A stretch of DNA of 32,000 bases from Allobaculum fili (GCF_020969955.1 NZ_JAHDSX010000015.1:1-32000), one strand, 5' to 3'; counted from the first letter of the stretch, positions 9,567 to 18,086 are shown. Numbers and translations are program-made. Notes: generated by a model from the letters alone, not told the origin.

Positions 9567-10892
9567 TTACTCCCCTTCCTCGCGCTCGATCTCATCCTGG
9601 TTTTCGGACGCGTCGTGCACGCGGATGCGCACCGCGTTGGCGTGCGCTTCGAGATCTTCCTCCTGCGCCATGCGAATGATCTTGTGTCCATTCTTTTGAA
9701 GGGCCTGATCGGAGTAATACATATAAGAAGATTTTTTGGTAAACGCGTCGACGCCTAAAGCGGAAGAGAAGCGGGCTGTGCCGCTGGTCGGCAGAACGTG
9801 GTTGGTGCCGCCGAAGTAGTCGCCGATGCTTTCGCACGTCGTATAGCCGAGGAAGACGCTGCCGGCGTTTTTAACGAGCGGCAAATAGTCGATCGCGTTT
9901 TCCACCTGAAGTTCGAGGTGTTCCGGTGCGATTTCGTTGGAAATTTCAATGGCTTCATCCATCGTATCGGTCAGAATGGCGGTTCCAAAAGAAGCCAGGG
10001 ACTGTTCAATAATTTCTTTTTTCGGCAGAACGTCCGTCTGTTCGCGCAGCGCCTGATTGACCGCTTCGATGAGCGGTTCGCTGGTGGTGACCAGAATCGA
10101 GGATGCCATCGGGTCGTGTTCCGCCTGGGAAAGCAGATCGGAAGCGACATGATCCGGATTGGCGTTTTCGTCCGCAACGACGAGAATTTCACTGGGTCCG
10201 GCGATCATGTCGATATCGACTTTTCCAAAAACCAGCTTTTTCGCTGCAGCGACGTACATATTTCCAGGGCCGGTAATTTTATCGACCGGCGCGATCGTTT
10301 CTGTACCATACGCCAGTGCGGCGACCGCCTGCGCGCCGCCGGCTTTGATAATTTCGGTGACGCCCGCAATTTTCGCCGCGGCCGCCAGGTTGGGTGAAAT
10401 CTTTCCGTCTTTTCCCGGAGGCGTCGTCATGACAATGCGGCGAACGCCGGCCACTTTGGCCGGAATCGCGTTCATTAATACGGAAGAAGGATACTGCGCC
10501 CGACCCCCGGGGACGTAAATGCCGACCGCATCGAGCGGCAGCACCCGCCAGCCGAGGTATACACCGTCTTCTTTTTCCAGAGACTGCGGCGTCTGCACCT
10601 GCGTTTCGTGGTAAGCCAGAATGTTCTGGGCGGCTTCCTGCATGGCCGCGACAAATTGCGGATCGGCTTTGGCCGCCTGCTCTTCGAGCTCTTCATTAGA
10701 AACGATAGGATCGTCCAGATCGATGCGATCAAACTGAAGGGTCAGATCGTGGAGCGCCTGATTTTTGCCGGAACGGACTTTTTCAATGATGGAACTGGTC
10801 TTCACCAGCATGTCCGGCGAAATTTCATACGCACGGCTCTGAAGGTAGGCTTTCAGTTCAGCCCGGTCGTCTTTTCCAATGGTTTTAAGCAT
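9567..10892 (-). CDS. hisD: Histidinol dehydrogenase
   Basis: [25 protein letters not shown] 10892 (GGTGAG SD 5 nt upstream) preferred over GTG 10898. Overlaps the hisG stop by 8 nt. Confidence 0.95.
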   Translation of the reverse strand: MLKTIGKDDRAELKAYLQSRAYEISPDMLVKTSSIIEKVRSGKNQALHDLTLQFDRIDLDDPIVSNEELEEQAAKADPQFVAAMQEAAQNILAYHETQVQTPQSLEKEDGVYLGWRVLPLDAVGIYVPGGRAQYPSSVLMNAIPAKVAGVRRIVMTTPPGKDGKISPNLAAAAKIAGVTEIIKAGGAQAVAALAYGTETIAPVDKITGPGNMYVAAAKKLVFGKVDIDMIAGPSEILVVADENANPDHVASDLLSQAEHDPMASSILVTTSEPLIEAVNQALREQTDVLPKKEIIEQSLASFGTAILTDTMDEAIEISNEIAPEHLELQVENAIDYLPLVKNAGSVFLGYTTCESIGDYFGGTNHVLPTSGTARFSSALGVDAFTKKSSYMYYSDQALQKNGHKIIRMAQEEDLEAHANAVRIRVHDASENQDEIEREEGE

Positions 10893-11520
10893 TTTCACTC
10901 ACCGCTTTCTGCAGATCCAGAAGGACCTGTTCAATTTCCTTTTTCTTCAGCTTCCAGCTGGCTTTGTTCACAATGACCCGCGCGGAAATCTCGCAGACTG
11001 TATCGAGTACCTGCAGGCCGTTGGCTTTCAGGGTGCTGCCGGTTTCCATGATGTCGACGATGCCGTCCACCAGACCGATCAGCGGCGAAAGTTCTACCGA
11101 CCCGTCGATCTTGATGATTTCCACGTCCATGTTGCGTTTCAGAAAGTATTCTCGGGCGACGTGCGGGTATTTCGTACCGATGCGCACGCGTCCTTTTTTG
11201 GTAAACAGATCCGAATCGGGCAGCGCCGCGACAATGAAGCGGCACTTGCCGGTGTTCAGATCCAGCATTTCGTAATAGTCCGCCGGGTTTTCGAGAAGCG
11301 TATCCTTGCCGACGACGCCCAGATCGGCGGCGCCGTGCTCGACGTACGTAATGCAGTCGTTGGATTTCACGAGCACGTAGCGAATGTCGTGTACCGTATC
11401 GGGCAAAATCAGCGCCCGTCCTTTGTTGCGAACTTTTTCGGTTCCGTAGCCGGCTTCTTCGAGCATCGTCAGCGTTTTGTCTTCGAGCCGGCCTTTGGTC
11501 AGCGCAATCGTCAGACTCAT
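10885..11520 (-). CDS. hisG: ATP phosphoribosyltransferase, short (HisZ-dependent) form
   Basis: 211 aa, LTIALTKGRL... with no C-terminal regulatory domain. ATGA overlap with the hisZ stop. Confidence 0.95.
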   Translation of the reverse strand: MSLTIALTKGRLEDKTLTMLEEAGYGTEKVRNKGRALILPDTVHDIRYVLVKSNDCITYVEHGAADLGVVGKDTLLENPADYYEMLDLNTGKCRFIVAALPDSDLFTKKGRVRIGTKYPHVAREYFLKRNMDVEIIKIDGSVELSPLIGLVDGIVDIMETGSTLKANGLQVLDTVCEISARVIVNKASWKLKKKEIEQVLLDLQKAVSENA

Positions 11521-12641
11521 GGGCGTACCTCCATTCGGGTTTCAATGTCTTCCAGGCCTTCTTCTTCCAGCAGGCAAACGGCGAAATTTTTGCGGATGCG
11601 CGCCGCCTCCGCAAAGGCTTCTCTGGCTTTGTGCGGCGGATAGGCCAGCACGATTTTGCGGCGCTCTTCCTGATCCGGAAGGAGAGCCACTAACGGATTG
11701 ATTTTAAAGGCGAATCCGATGGAGGGCATCGAATTTCCAAAAGCGCTCATCAGATTGTCATAACGGCCGCCGGAAAGCACCGCGTTCGAAGCGCCGGGAA
11801 CGAACGCTTCAAAAATGATGCCGGTGTAGTAGTTGAGATGCGGCAGCTTGCCCAGATCAAAGCCGATCATCTCGCCGTAGCCGGCTTCTTCCAGAAAACG
11901 ACCAGTCGCTTCGAGCTCTTCGAGAACGGCTACAGTCGACGGATCGAAGGCGAGTGCCTTGGCTTTTTCAAGGGTTTCAAACCCGCCGTCGAGCAGCGGA
12001 AGGTGCAGGAAATAGCGCCGTATGTTCTGGTCGAGATGCTTTTCATCGAGAAAGTTCTGCAGTTCGACCATCGACTTCTTATCACTCAGATCCGCGAGCG
12101 TCGCAATATCGTCTTCGTCATCAAAAACCAGACGGGCCGCGTCGGAAAGCAGACGCGCATCCGACATTTCCAGACGCCAGTCTTTCAGACCGTACGACTG
12201 CAGCGCCTTGAGCGATTCCAGCGCGCAGATCAGAACCTGCAGATCGTCGGTGCTGCCGATCAGTTCGACGCCGCAGTCAAGAGTCTGAATGGCTTTTCCG
12301 GTATAGGCTTTGCGCAGTTTCCACACATCGCTCAAATAGGACAGACGCAGCGGATGAGCCGCGTTTTTCAGGGCGGTCGCGGCGATGCGGGCGATCGGAA
12401 TGGTCATGTCCATTCGGAGCGTGACAATATCCTGGTTTTCGTCGAACAGCTTGACCATCTGCCGGTCTTCGAGATTGGAAAACGCCTGATTGTACGTCTG
12501 GTAGTATTCCATCGCCGGCGTGCTGACTTCTTCAAAGCCAAAGGCATCAAAGACATCGAGAATCTGCGAACATAAGGCTTTTTGCTTGCGCACATCGCGC
12601 GAGAGCGCGTCTCGACATCCAAACGGGGTTCTCAGTTCCAT
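11517..12641 (-). CDS. hisZ: ATP phosphoribosyltransferase regulatory subunit (HisRS paralogue)
   Basis: 374 aa with a class-II aaRS-like core (RDALSRD..., GGRYD) and no anticodon-binding domain. First gene of the operon. SD GGAAAGGA. Confidence 0.9.
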   Translation of the reverse strand: MELRTPFGCRDALSRDVRKQKALCSQILDVFDAFGFEEVSTPAMEYYQTYNQAFSNLEDRQMVKLFDENQDIVTLRMDMTIPIARIAATALKNAAHPLRLSYLSDVWKLRKAYTGKAIQTLDCGVELIGSTDDLQVLICALESLKALQSYGLKDWRLEMSDARLLSDAARLVFDDEDDIATLADLSDKKSMVELQNFLDEKHLDQNIRRYFLHLPLLDGGFETLEKAKALAFDPSTVAVLEELEATGRFLEEAGYGEMIGFDLGKLPHLNYYTGIIFEAFVPGASNAVLSGGRYDNLMSAFGNSMPSIGFAFKINPLVALLPDQEERRKIVLAYPPHKAREAFAEAARIRKNFAVCLLEEEGLEDIETRMEVRP

Positions 12642-12791
12642 GACAAATCCTTTCCGGAATGGATCTAAAGATCCATCCCTTTGTTCTGATCGTTTACGGG
12701 TTTACGCCATTCCTGGCGTTTCTGGCTTAAATTTCTGACTGTCCAGACGGTTTTGAATTTTTCAAATCCGTCAAAATCCAGCCGTAGAAAC

Positions 12792-12821
12792 AAAAAAACT
12801 TTCACCCCAAAGGACGAAAGT
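12792..12821 (-). terminator. T-box attenuator terminator
   Basis: Minus RNA ACUUUCGUCC-UUUG-GGGUGAAAGU (10 bp including 2 wobble pairs) followed by UUUUUUU. Its 5' arm overlaps the sequence that would form the antiterminator with the T-box core. Confidence 0.85.
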
Positions 12822-13035
12822 ATCGTGATCCCACCTTTTTTTACGTTCTCCTCGCGAAGAACGCCTCTGCAACTGAAAAGACAGTCTGTCCTTTAACGGA
12901 GACATCCGGGATCCCATTTCCTGAATCCGGCTCCGGGCTGTGATTCCATCCTGTCTCTGTCTTCCTTTCACCGTACGGAAGCTCTCTGCTCAGTTCAAAG
13001 ATGTACTGGTGCCCTTCTGCGCCTTTGTGAATTTA
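12792..13035 (-). promoter_or_regulatory. T-box riboswitch leader, His-specific (specifier CAC)
   Basis: Minus-strand elements in canonical order: AGAGAG (12982-12987), GGUGAAA (12966-12972), specifier loop GGAAUCACAG with CAC+A (12940-12942), CCGUUA (12894-12899), T-box core AAGGUGGGAUCACG (12824-12837), then a terminator. Confidence 0.85.
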
Positions 13036-13041
13036 TTCCAG

Positions 13042-13070
13042 ATTTTATAAATCGCCCTGTGCGGTGTCAA
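13042..13070 (-). promoter_or_regulatory. SigA-type promoter of the his operon
   Basis: Minus strand TTGACA (13065-13070), 17-nt spacer, TAAAAT (13042-13047), immediately upstream of the T-box leader. Confidence 0.7.
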
Positions 13071-13187
13071 CTTTCCCTCCCGCAGTTTACAAAGGTCTTC
13101 CGGCGAATGTTTCATTTTCTTACATTTTTCAGACGCTTTGTGCGTTCTTCAAAGACGTTTTGACCGCTGTGTCTTCACTTTCCATCC

Positions 13188-13220
13188 AAAAAGAAAAGAA
13201 GTTCCCAGGCTGAGAACTTC
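13188..13220 (-). terminator. Intrinsic terminator-like hairpin D in the acn-his spacer
   Basis: Perfect 7-bp stem gaagttc (13198-13204) / gaacttc (13214-13220). In minus orientation it is followed by UUUUCUUUUU. Confidence 0.55.
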
Positions 13221-13435
13221 CTGCTCGAACAAATCGATTCTCCCTCAGGCAAAGACGCTTTCCCTTTGCCCTTCTGGCCGCTTTCTTTTAAAGGCAGTAA
13301 AAATATGCGCAAAGTCTGTCTTCAGTGCGATCCGGCCGCACGAAAGCAGCAGAAGCGGGGACAGGCTATCGATTTCTCGTTTTATTTCTCTCTTTCGCGT
13401 GTGCGAAAGCCGGGTGTACGCCTCCTTTCTGCATG

Positions 13436-13468
13436 AAAAAACGGAAACAGCGCCTTCGGCTGTCTCCG
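13436..13468 (-). terminator. Intrinsic terminator-like hairpin C in the acn-his spacer
   Basis: Minus RNA CGGAGACAGC-CGAAGGC-GCUGUUUCCG (10 bp; the single irregular pair is a G-U wobble only in minus orientation), followed by UUUUUU. Confidence 0.65.
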
Positions 13469-13599
13469 CGATTATTTCTGCAGAATTCCCTCCGTTGGCA
13501 TTATCCAAATCAGGTTAGCGGTCGGAGCGCCCAGCTCCCTCTCAGCTCATTTGTGAGCTCCCGTGCTGTTCTCGTTTTCTTTATTGTAGGCTCTATGTG

Positions 13600-13636
13600 A
13601 AAAAAGGAAAGGCTTTGCGTACCATACAGCCTTTCC
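13600..13636 (-). terminator. Intrinsic terminator-like hairpin B in the acn-his spacer
   Basis: Perfect 9-bp stem ggaaaggct (13606-13614) / agcctttcc (13628-13636) with a 13-nt loop. In minus orientation it is followed by UUUUUU (A-run 13600-13605). Confidence 0.65.
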
Positions 13637-13833
13637 CGAGCGGCGGTCGCCGTTCTAAGCGCTTTCTCTGACAGTGCAGCAGACATCATAATCCGTACGT
13701 CTCAAATCATGCCCTCCGCAAAGCGGATCGGACAGGATAAAGAATCGATACCACAGAAAAGCCGTGAAGGCAAAATCCGGACAGACGGAAAACCGAAAAA
13801 TCGAGCGATTGGGCGATGGCTTGTCCAGCCCAG

Positions 13834-13864
13834 AAAAAAAACGCGCCGGATGAACGTCCGACGC
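13834..13864 (-). terminator. Intrinsic terminator of the aconitase gene (hairpin A)
   Basis: Minus RNA GCGUCGG-8 nt-CCGGCGC (7 bp including one U-G pair) followed by 8 U. It lies 30 nt downstream of the acn stop. Confidence 0.75.
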
Positions 13865-13892
13865 ATTTTTTCTGAGCTTTGCAGAGTCTTCT

Positions 13893-15815
13893 TTATTTCT
13901 GCTGGGAGCGGATATAGTTCAGCGTGCCGCCCACATAGAGCGTAGGCAGATCTTCCAGTCCAAACTGACTGTTGAGAACATACGTATGGCCTTTGGTCTG
14001 GTTGATGACGCGAAGTCCCTGTTCTGGGTCGAGGTCGTGCAGATTTTCGAACGTGAGCACGTCCATCTCGTCGATATCGTCATAGTCTTCCGGATTCTGG
14101 AAGGTGAGCGGAAGAATGCCGAAGTTGATGAGGTTGGCCAGGTGAATTCGCGCAAACGATTTGGCCAGAACCGCCTTGATGCCCAGATACATCGGGGCGA
14201 GCGCCGCATGTTCGCGGCTGCTTCCCTGTCCATAGTTTTCGCCGGCTACGATAATACCGCCGTTATTGGCTTTGCAGATTTTGTCGAAGCCTTCCTTATT
14301 GTTGCGGAACACGAAAGTCGACAGCTTTTCGATATTGGAACGATACGGCAGCACTTCCGCACCGGCTGGAGCGATGTGGTCGGTCGTAATGTTGTCTTCG
14401 AGCTTGATGACGACTTTCTTTTCGAACGCATCCGGCAGCGGATCGTTGATCGGAAGCGGCTTAATGTTGGGGCCGCGTACAATTTCCACGTCTTCCGGAT
14501 GCTCGCTTGGCGCAAGAATCATGGAATCGTCGATATAAACGGGTTCAATAAAATCGCTGTCCGGATAGTCGATCGCGCGCGGATCGGCGAACACGCCGGC
14601 AATCGCGCTGGCCGCGGCGGTTTCGGGCGAAACGAGGTAAACGCCCGCTGAGTTCGTTCCGGAACGGCCGTAGAAGTTGCGGTTGAACGTACGCAAAGAG
14701 ACGCCTTCGCTTTTTGGAGACTGGCCCATGCCGATGCAGGGACCGCACGTGCATTCGAGGATGCGCGCGCCGGCTTTGACAAACGTCTGGAGCGCACCGT
14801 TTTCCATCAGCTTAATGAGAACCTGACGGCTGCCCGGCGAAACGACGAGTGAAACGTTTGGCGCAATCGTTTTGCCTTCAAGAATGGCAGCAGCTTTCAT
14901 CAGATCTTCAAAACCAGAGTTGGTGCAGGAGCCGATAGCGACCTGATCGACTTTCTTTCCGGCGAGCTCTTCGATGGATTTGACCGCGTCCGGAGAATTT
15001 GGACAGGCGGCAGCCGGAACCAGCGTGGACAGGTCGATGATTTCGACGTCGTCATAAACGGCGCCTTCGTCAGCTTTCAGTTCGATCCAGTCTTCTTCCC
15101 GGTTCTGTCGCTTCAGAAATTCGCGGGTGCGTTCATCCGAAGGGAAAATGGATGTCGTTGCGCCGAGTTCCGCGCCCATGTTCGTAATGGTCGCGCGCTG
15201 GTAAACCGAAAGCGAATTTACGCCGTCTCCGGTATATTCAAACACTTTGCCTACGCCGCCCTTTACGCTGCGGCGGCGCAGAAGTTCAAGAATGATGTCC
15301 TTGGCCGAAACGCCATGGGGAAGCTTTCCCGTCAGGCGCACTTCAACGACTTTTGGATAGGCAATCGTATAAGGCAGACCCGCCATCGCCTTGGCAACAT
15401 CGAGGCCGCCGGCGCCCATCGCAAAGCTGGCCATGGCCCCGGCCGTCGGGGTGTGGGAATCCGAACCGATCAGCGTCTTGCCCGGACGGGCAAACCGTTC
15501 GAGATGTACCTGATGGCAGATCCCGTTGCCGGGTCTGGAAAACAGAACGCCGTGCTTAGCGGCTACAGACTGCAGATAGGCATGGTCATCCGCGTTCATG
15601 AAACCGGACTGGAGCGTGTTGTGATCGACATACGAAACGGAAAGTTCCGTCTGCACCTGATCTACGCCCATGGCTTCGAGCTGAATGTAGGCCATCGTGC
15701 CGGTTGCATCCTGGGTGAGGGTCTGATCAATGCGCAGATCCGCGGGTGTGCCCGGGGTATGGGCATCGTTGAGTACGTGTGAATCGAGAATTTTTTGAGT
15801 CAGAGTCTTCTTCAT
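13893..15815 (-). CDS. acn: Aconitate hydratase (~640-aa type)
   Basis: Fe-S ligand motifs IGSDSHTPTAG, IGSCTNSG, CGPCIGMGQ. Start set to ATG 15815 (MKKTLTQKIL, GGAAGGGA SD) rather than 15851. Confidence 0.93.
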   Translation of the reverse strand: MKKTLTQKILDSHVLNDAHTPGTPADLRIDQTLTQDATGTMAYIQLEAMGVDQVQTELSVSYVDHNTLQSGFMNADDHAYLQSVAAKHGVLFSRPGNGICHQVHLERFARPGKTLIGSDSHTPTAGAMASFAMGAGGLDVAKAMAGLPYTIAYPKVVEVRLTGKLPHGVSAKDIILELLRRRSVKGGVGKVFEYTGDGVNSLSVYQRATITNMGAELGATTSIFPSDERTREFLKRQNREEDWIELKADEGAVYDDVEIIDLSTLVPAAACPNSPDAVKSIEELAGKKVDQVAIGSCTNSGFEDLMKAAAILEGKTIAPNVSLVVSPGSRQVLIKLMENGALQTFVKAGARILECTCGPCIGMGQSPKSEGVSLRTFNRNFYGRSGTNSAGVYLVSPETAAASAIAGVFADPRAIDYPDSDFIEPVYIDDSMILAPSEHPEDVEIVRGPNIKPLPINDPLPDAFEKKVVIKLEDNITTDHIAPAGAEVLPYRSNIEKLSTFVFRNNKEGFDKICKANNGGIIVAGENYGQGSSREHAALAPMYLGIKAVLAKSFARIHLANLINFGILPLTFQNPEDYDDIDEMDVLTFENLHDLDPEQGLRVINQTKGHTYVLNSQFGLEDLPTLYVGGTLNYIRSQQK

Positions 15816-15902
15816 AGTCGTCCCTTCCATTTTTTCTTCTAATGATATCAAATCGGTTGTAAACGGAAGTTTTTTCTTTCTGAAAAACCCGATTTCCCGT
15901 TT

Positions 15903-15950
15903 TCAATGTTTGAAATGTGTTTCACTTTGTTATACTGACTCAAACATTGA
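15903..15950. promoter_or_regulatory. Two palindromic TCAA-N3-TTGA sites flanking the citrate synthase promoter (candidate operators)
   Basis: TCAATGTTTGA (15903-15913) and TCAAACATTGA (15940-15950) are exact reverse complements. Each is itself a palindrome. Their centres are 37 bp apart. Confidence 0.45.
15910..15936 (+). promoter_or_regulatory. Candidate promoter of citrate synthase (extended -10)
   Basis: TTGAAA (15910-15915) and TGTTATACT (15928-15936). The spacer is only 15 nt, but the TGn extended -10 is present. It lies 37 nt upstream of the ATG. Confidence 0.5.
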
Positions 15951-15972
15951 GCGAAGAAAGGGGTCTTTTTTT

Positions 15973-17298
15973 ATGAGCACTTCTCTGAAAGCAGTTTATC
16001 GCGACTGTCTGCCGGACAATTCGATCGAGCCGGATCTGTATTCCATTTATCACGTGAAGCAGGGGCTGCGAAATGAAAACGGCACCGGCGTCAAAGTCGG
16101 CCTGACCCGCATCTGCGATGTCATCGGCTACGAGATGGTCAAAAACCATAAGCGCCCGATCGACGGCGAGCTGATTTACCGCGGCTACTCCATTAAGGAT
16201 CTGGTCGCCATGGAAAAGCTCGATTCAAAAATCCGCGGCTACGAAACCGCCGCTTTTCTTCTCATTTTCGGAAAGCTGCCCAGCCCGGCGGAACTCGGAG
16301 AATTTCAGTACGCGATCAAGCATCACTTTTCGAGCAGTCTCGTTTTTGAAACGTACCGGACCAAGGATCTGCTTAACGCCATGCAGATCGAAGTTCTCAA
16401 ACTGTACGGCCTCGATCACAACCCCGATACCGATACGCTGGAGGACCGCATGATGAAGGGACTTTGCATTCTTTCTTCTCTGCCTCTTTTCGTGTTCTCG
16501 GTCTACTCGCATAAGAAAATTTCTTCCTATCCCCTTCCCGCCGCCGGCTTTGCGGAAAACGTGCTCTGGATGGCCAGAGACAACCAGCCCTACACGAAGC
16601 AGGAAGCCAGAGTGCTGGACGTTTTGATGATGCTGCACGCGGATCATGGCGGCGGCAACAACTCCACCTTCGCGGATGTCGTCATTTCTTCCACCGGTAC
16701 CGACATTTACTCGTGCATTTCCGCGGCCATCGGCTCGCTCAAGGGACCGAAGCATGGCGGTGCCGCCGGCAAAGTCGGCGCACAGACGCAGATGCTTCTG
16801 AAAAAGCTGAACAAGGATTCGAGCGATGAAGACGTGCTTCAGCTTTGCGAAGACATTCTCGATAAAAAAGAAGGCGACGGTTCGGGTCTGATTTACGGCA
16901 TCGGCCACGCCATTTACACGAAAAGCGATCCGCGCTGTCAGCTGATCAAGGAAGAAGTCCGCCGGCTGGCGCAGGAAAAAGGCGAACTGGAAACGTTCGA
17001 ACTGATGGACCGCTTTGAAAAAGCGGCGGTCGCCACGATGAAAAAGCGCAAGGGCACGCACGTCTGCGCCAACGTCGACTACTATTCCGGCTTTGCCTAT
17101 CACATGCTTGGCATCGACCAGTCGCTCTTTACCCCGCTCTTTGCGACCAGCCGCTGCGCCGGCTGGATTGCCCATCATCTGGAAAACCGGCAGAACAATC
17201 GCAAGCTGATTCGACCAGCCAACATTTATGTCGGCGAACACCGTGTTCCGAAAGTCTTGCAAGAGGCGCGGACAAAACAGCCCGGCGAAACCCAGTAA
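15973..17298 (+). CDS. gltA: Citrate (Si)-synthase
   Basis: Citrate synthase signature GIGHAIYTKSDPR, LHADHGGGNNSTF, ANVDYYSG. Start set to ATG 15973 (MSTSLKAV; AAAGGGG SD). Confidence 0.92.
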   Translation: MSTSLKAVYRDCLPDNSIEPDLYSIYHVKQGLRNENGTGVKVGLTRICDVIGYEMVKNHKRPIDGELIYRGYSIKDLVAMEKLDSKIRGYETAAFLLIFGKLPSPAELGEFQYAIKHHFSSSLVFETYRTKDLLNAMQIEVLKLYGLDHNPDTDTLEDRMMKGLCILSSLPLFVFSVYSHKKISSYPLPAAGFAENVLWMARDNQPYTKQEARVLDVLMMLHADHGGGNNSTFADVVISSTGTDIYSCISAAIGSLKGPKHGGAAGKVGAQTQMLLKKLNKDSSDEDVLQLCEDILDKKEGDGSGLIYGIGHAIYTKSDPRCQLIKEEVRRLAQEKGELETFELMDRFEKAAVATMKKRKGTHVCANVDYYSGFAYHMLGIDQSLFTPLFATSRCAGWIAHHLENRQNNRKLIRPANIYVGEHRVPKVLQEARTKQPGETQ

Positions 17299-17305
17299 AA
17301 TTCGT

Positions 17306-17358
17306 ACGCATCGTCCAGTCCCGGAACTCTCAGGAAAAGACGATGCGTTTTTCTTTTT
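17306..17358 (+). terminator. Intrinsic terminator after citrate synthase
   Basis: Perfect 10-bp stem acgcatcgtc (17306-17315) / gacgatgcgt (17339-17348) followed by TTTTTCTTTTT. The loop is long (23 nt). Confidence 0.7.
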
Positions 17359-17501
17359 GAAAAGGCAGAGTTTTTTCGAAGACAAAAGGATTTTTGCGGC
17401 CTCGTCTGGATGCATCCTGGCAATGCTTACCGATGGAAAACAGACGTTTTCTGGCCGTTGGTTTCTGCTATACTGGTCAGAGTACGAAAGGCGGATTTAT
17501 T

Positions 17502-17984
17502 ATGCTTGACGATTTTAATACTGAAGAGAAAATCAAAGACTTATTTAAGAGCAGTCATCTTCCCAAAGGAAAGGAAGACTATCTGATTGTTTATTCGACC
17601 TGGCCTACGACAGCCATGATTTTAGGGGGCGCCGGCACAGCCATGACTTCGGATGTCGATTCCGCCTACGGGGGCTATCTGGTGCAGATTTGCGATGACG
17701 GCCTGAACCTGCTTCCGCTGGTTCGCAAAAACAAGCGCGACGGCGTGTTCGCGGCAGCACGCATGGATCTTTCCACCACAAAAGGCATCCGTCTTCTGCG
17801 CGAAGACATCGCTTCCTTCAAAAACCGTCCCGCCAACGGCTTTCTGCCCTTTGCCCGCGCGATTACCATCACGACCAAAGCCGGCAAAAAATACGTCTGG
17901 ATGATTAACAAGAAGGAAAAAAATCTGCCCTATCACGAAAATGGAATGCGCGCACTTCTCGAATTTGGAAAAACGATTCATTAG
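17502..17984 (+). CDS. Hypothetical protein (160 aa), family not recognised
   Basis: ATG 17502 preceded by AAAGGCGGA. A TATACT -10-like hexamer lies at 17469-17474. The composition looks soluble and globular. It shares a bidirectional terminator with icd. Confidence 0.6.
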   Translation: MLDDFNTEEKIKDLFKSSHLPKGKEDYLIVYSTWPTTAMILGGAGTAMTSDVDSAYGGYLVQICDDGLNLLPLVRKNKRDGVFAAARMDLSTTKGIRLLREDIASFKNRPANGFLPFARAITITTKAGKKYVWMINKKEKNLPYHENGMRALLEFGKTIH

Positions 17985-18086
17985 TACAGCGGCATGCAAG
18001 AGCGGCCGAATCCATACGGCGGTTTCCCTGCGTTTCATGGCGTTTCCATCGTTCTGGATTTTGTTTTACCCTCTGCACATAGAAAA

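Noticed and set aside
12942-12944. Alternative T-box specifier AUC (Ile) one register upstream of CAC
   Set aside because: AUC is also followed by a purine. However, the regulated operon is his, and the T-box bulge is UGGG (pairs with discriminator C73 of tRNA-His), whereas tRNA-Ile would need UGGU.
13245-13508. 87-aa minus-strand ORF (and the 126-aa and 91-aa plus-strand ORFs) in the acn-his spacer
   Set aside because: There is no SD at the start. The ORF contains terminator hairpin C in its interior, and I recognise no protein pattern. I treated the region as non-coding.
16225-17415. 396-aa minus-strand ORF, and similar long shadow ORFs (e.g. 2760-3530, 4811-5596, 5840-6526, 7323-7955, 9111-9758, 9798-10397, 10879-11643, 11838-12575, 13986-14651, 22946-23806, 24265-24789, 27550-28389, 29465-30262)
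   Set aside because: All lie antisense or out of frame to genes with clear family motifs. They lack SD sequences and have Arg/Gly/Phe-skewed junk composition.
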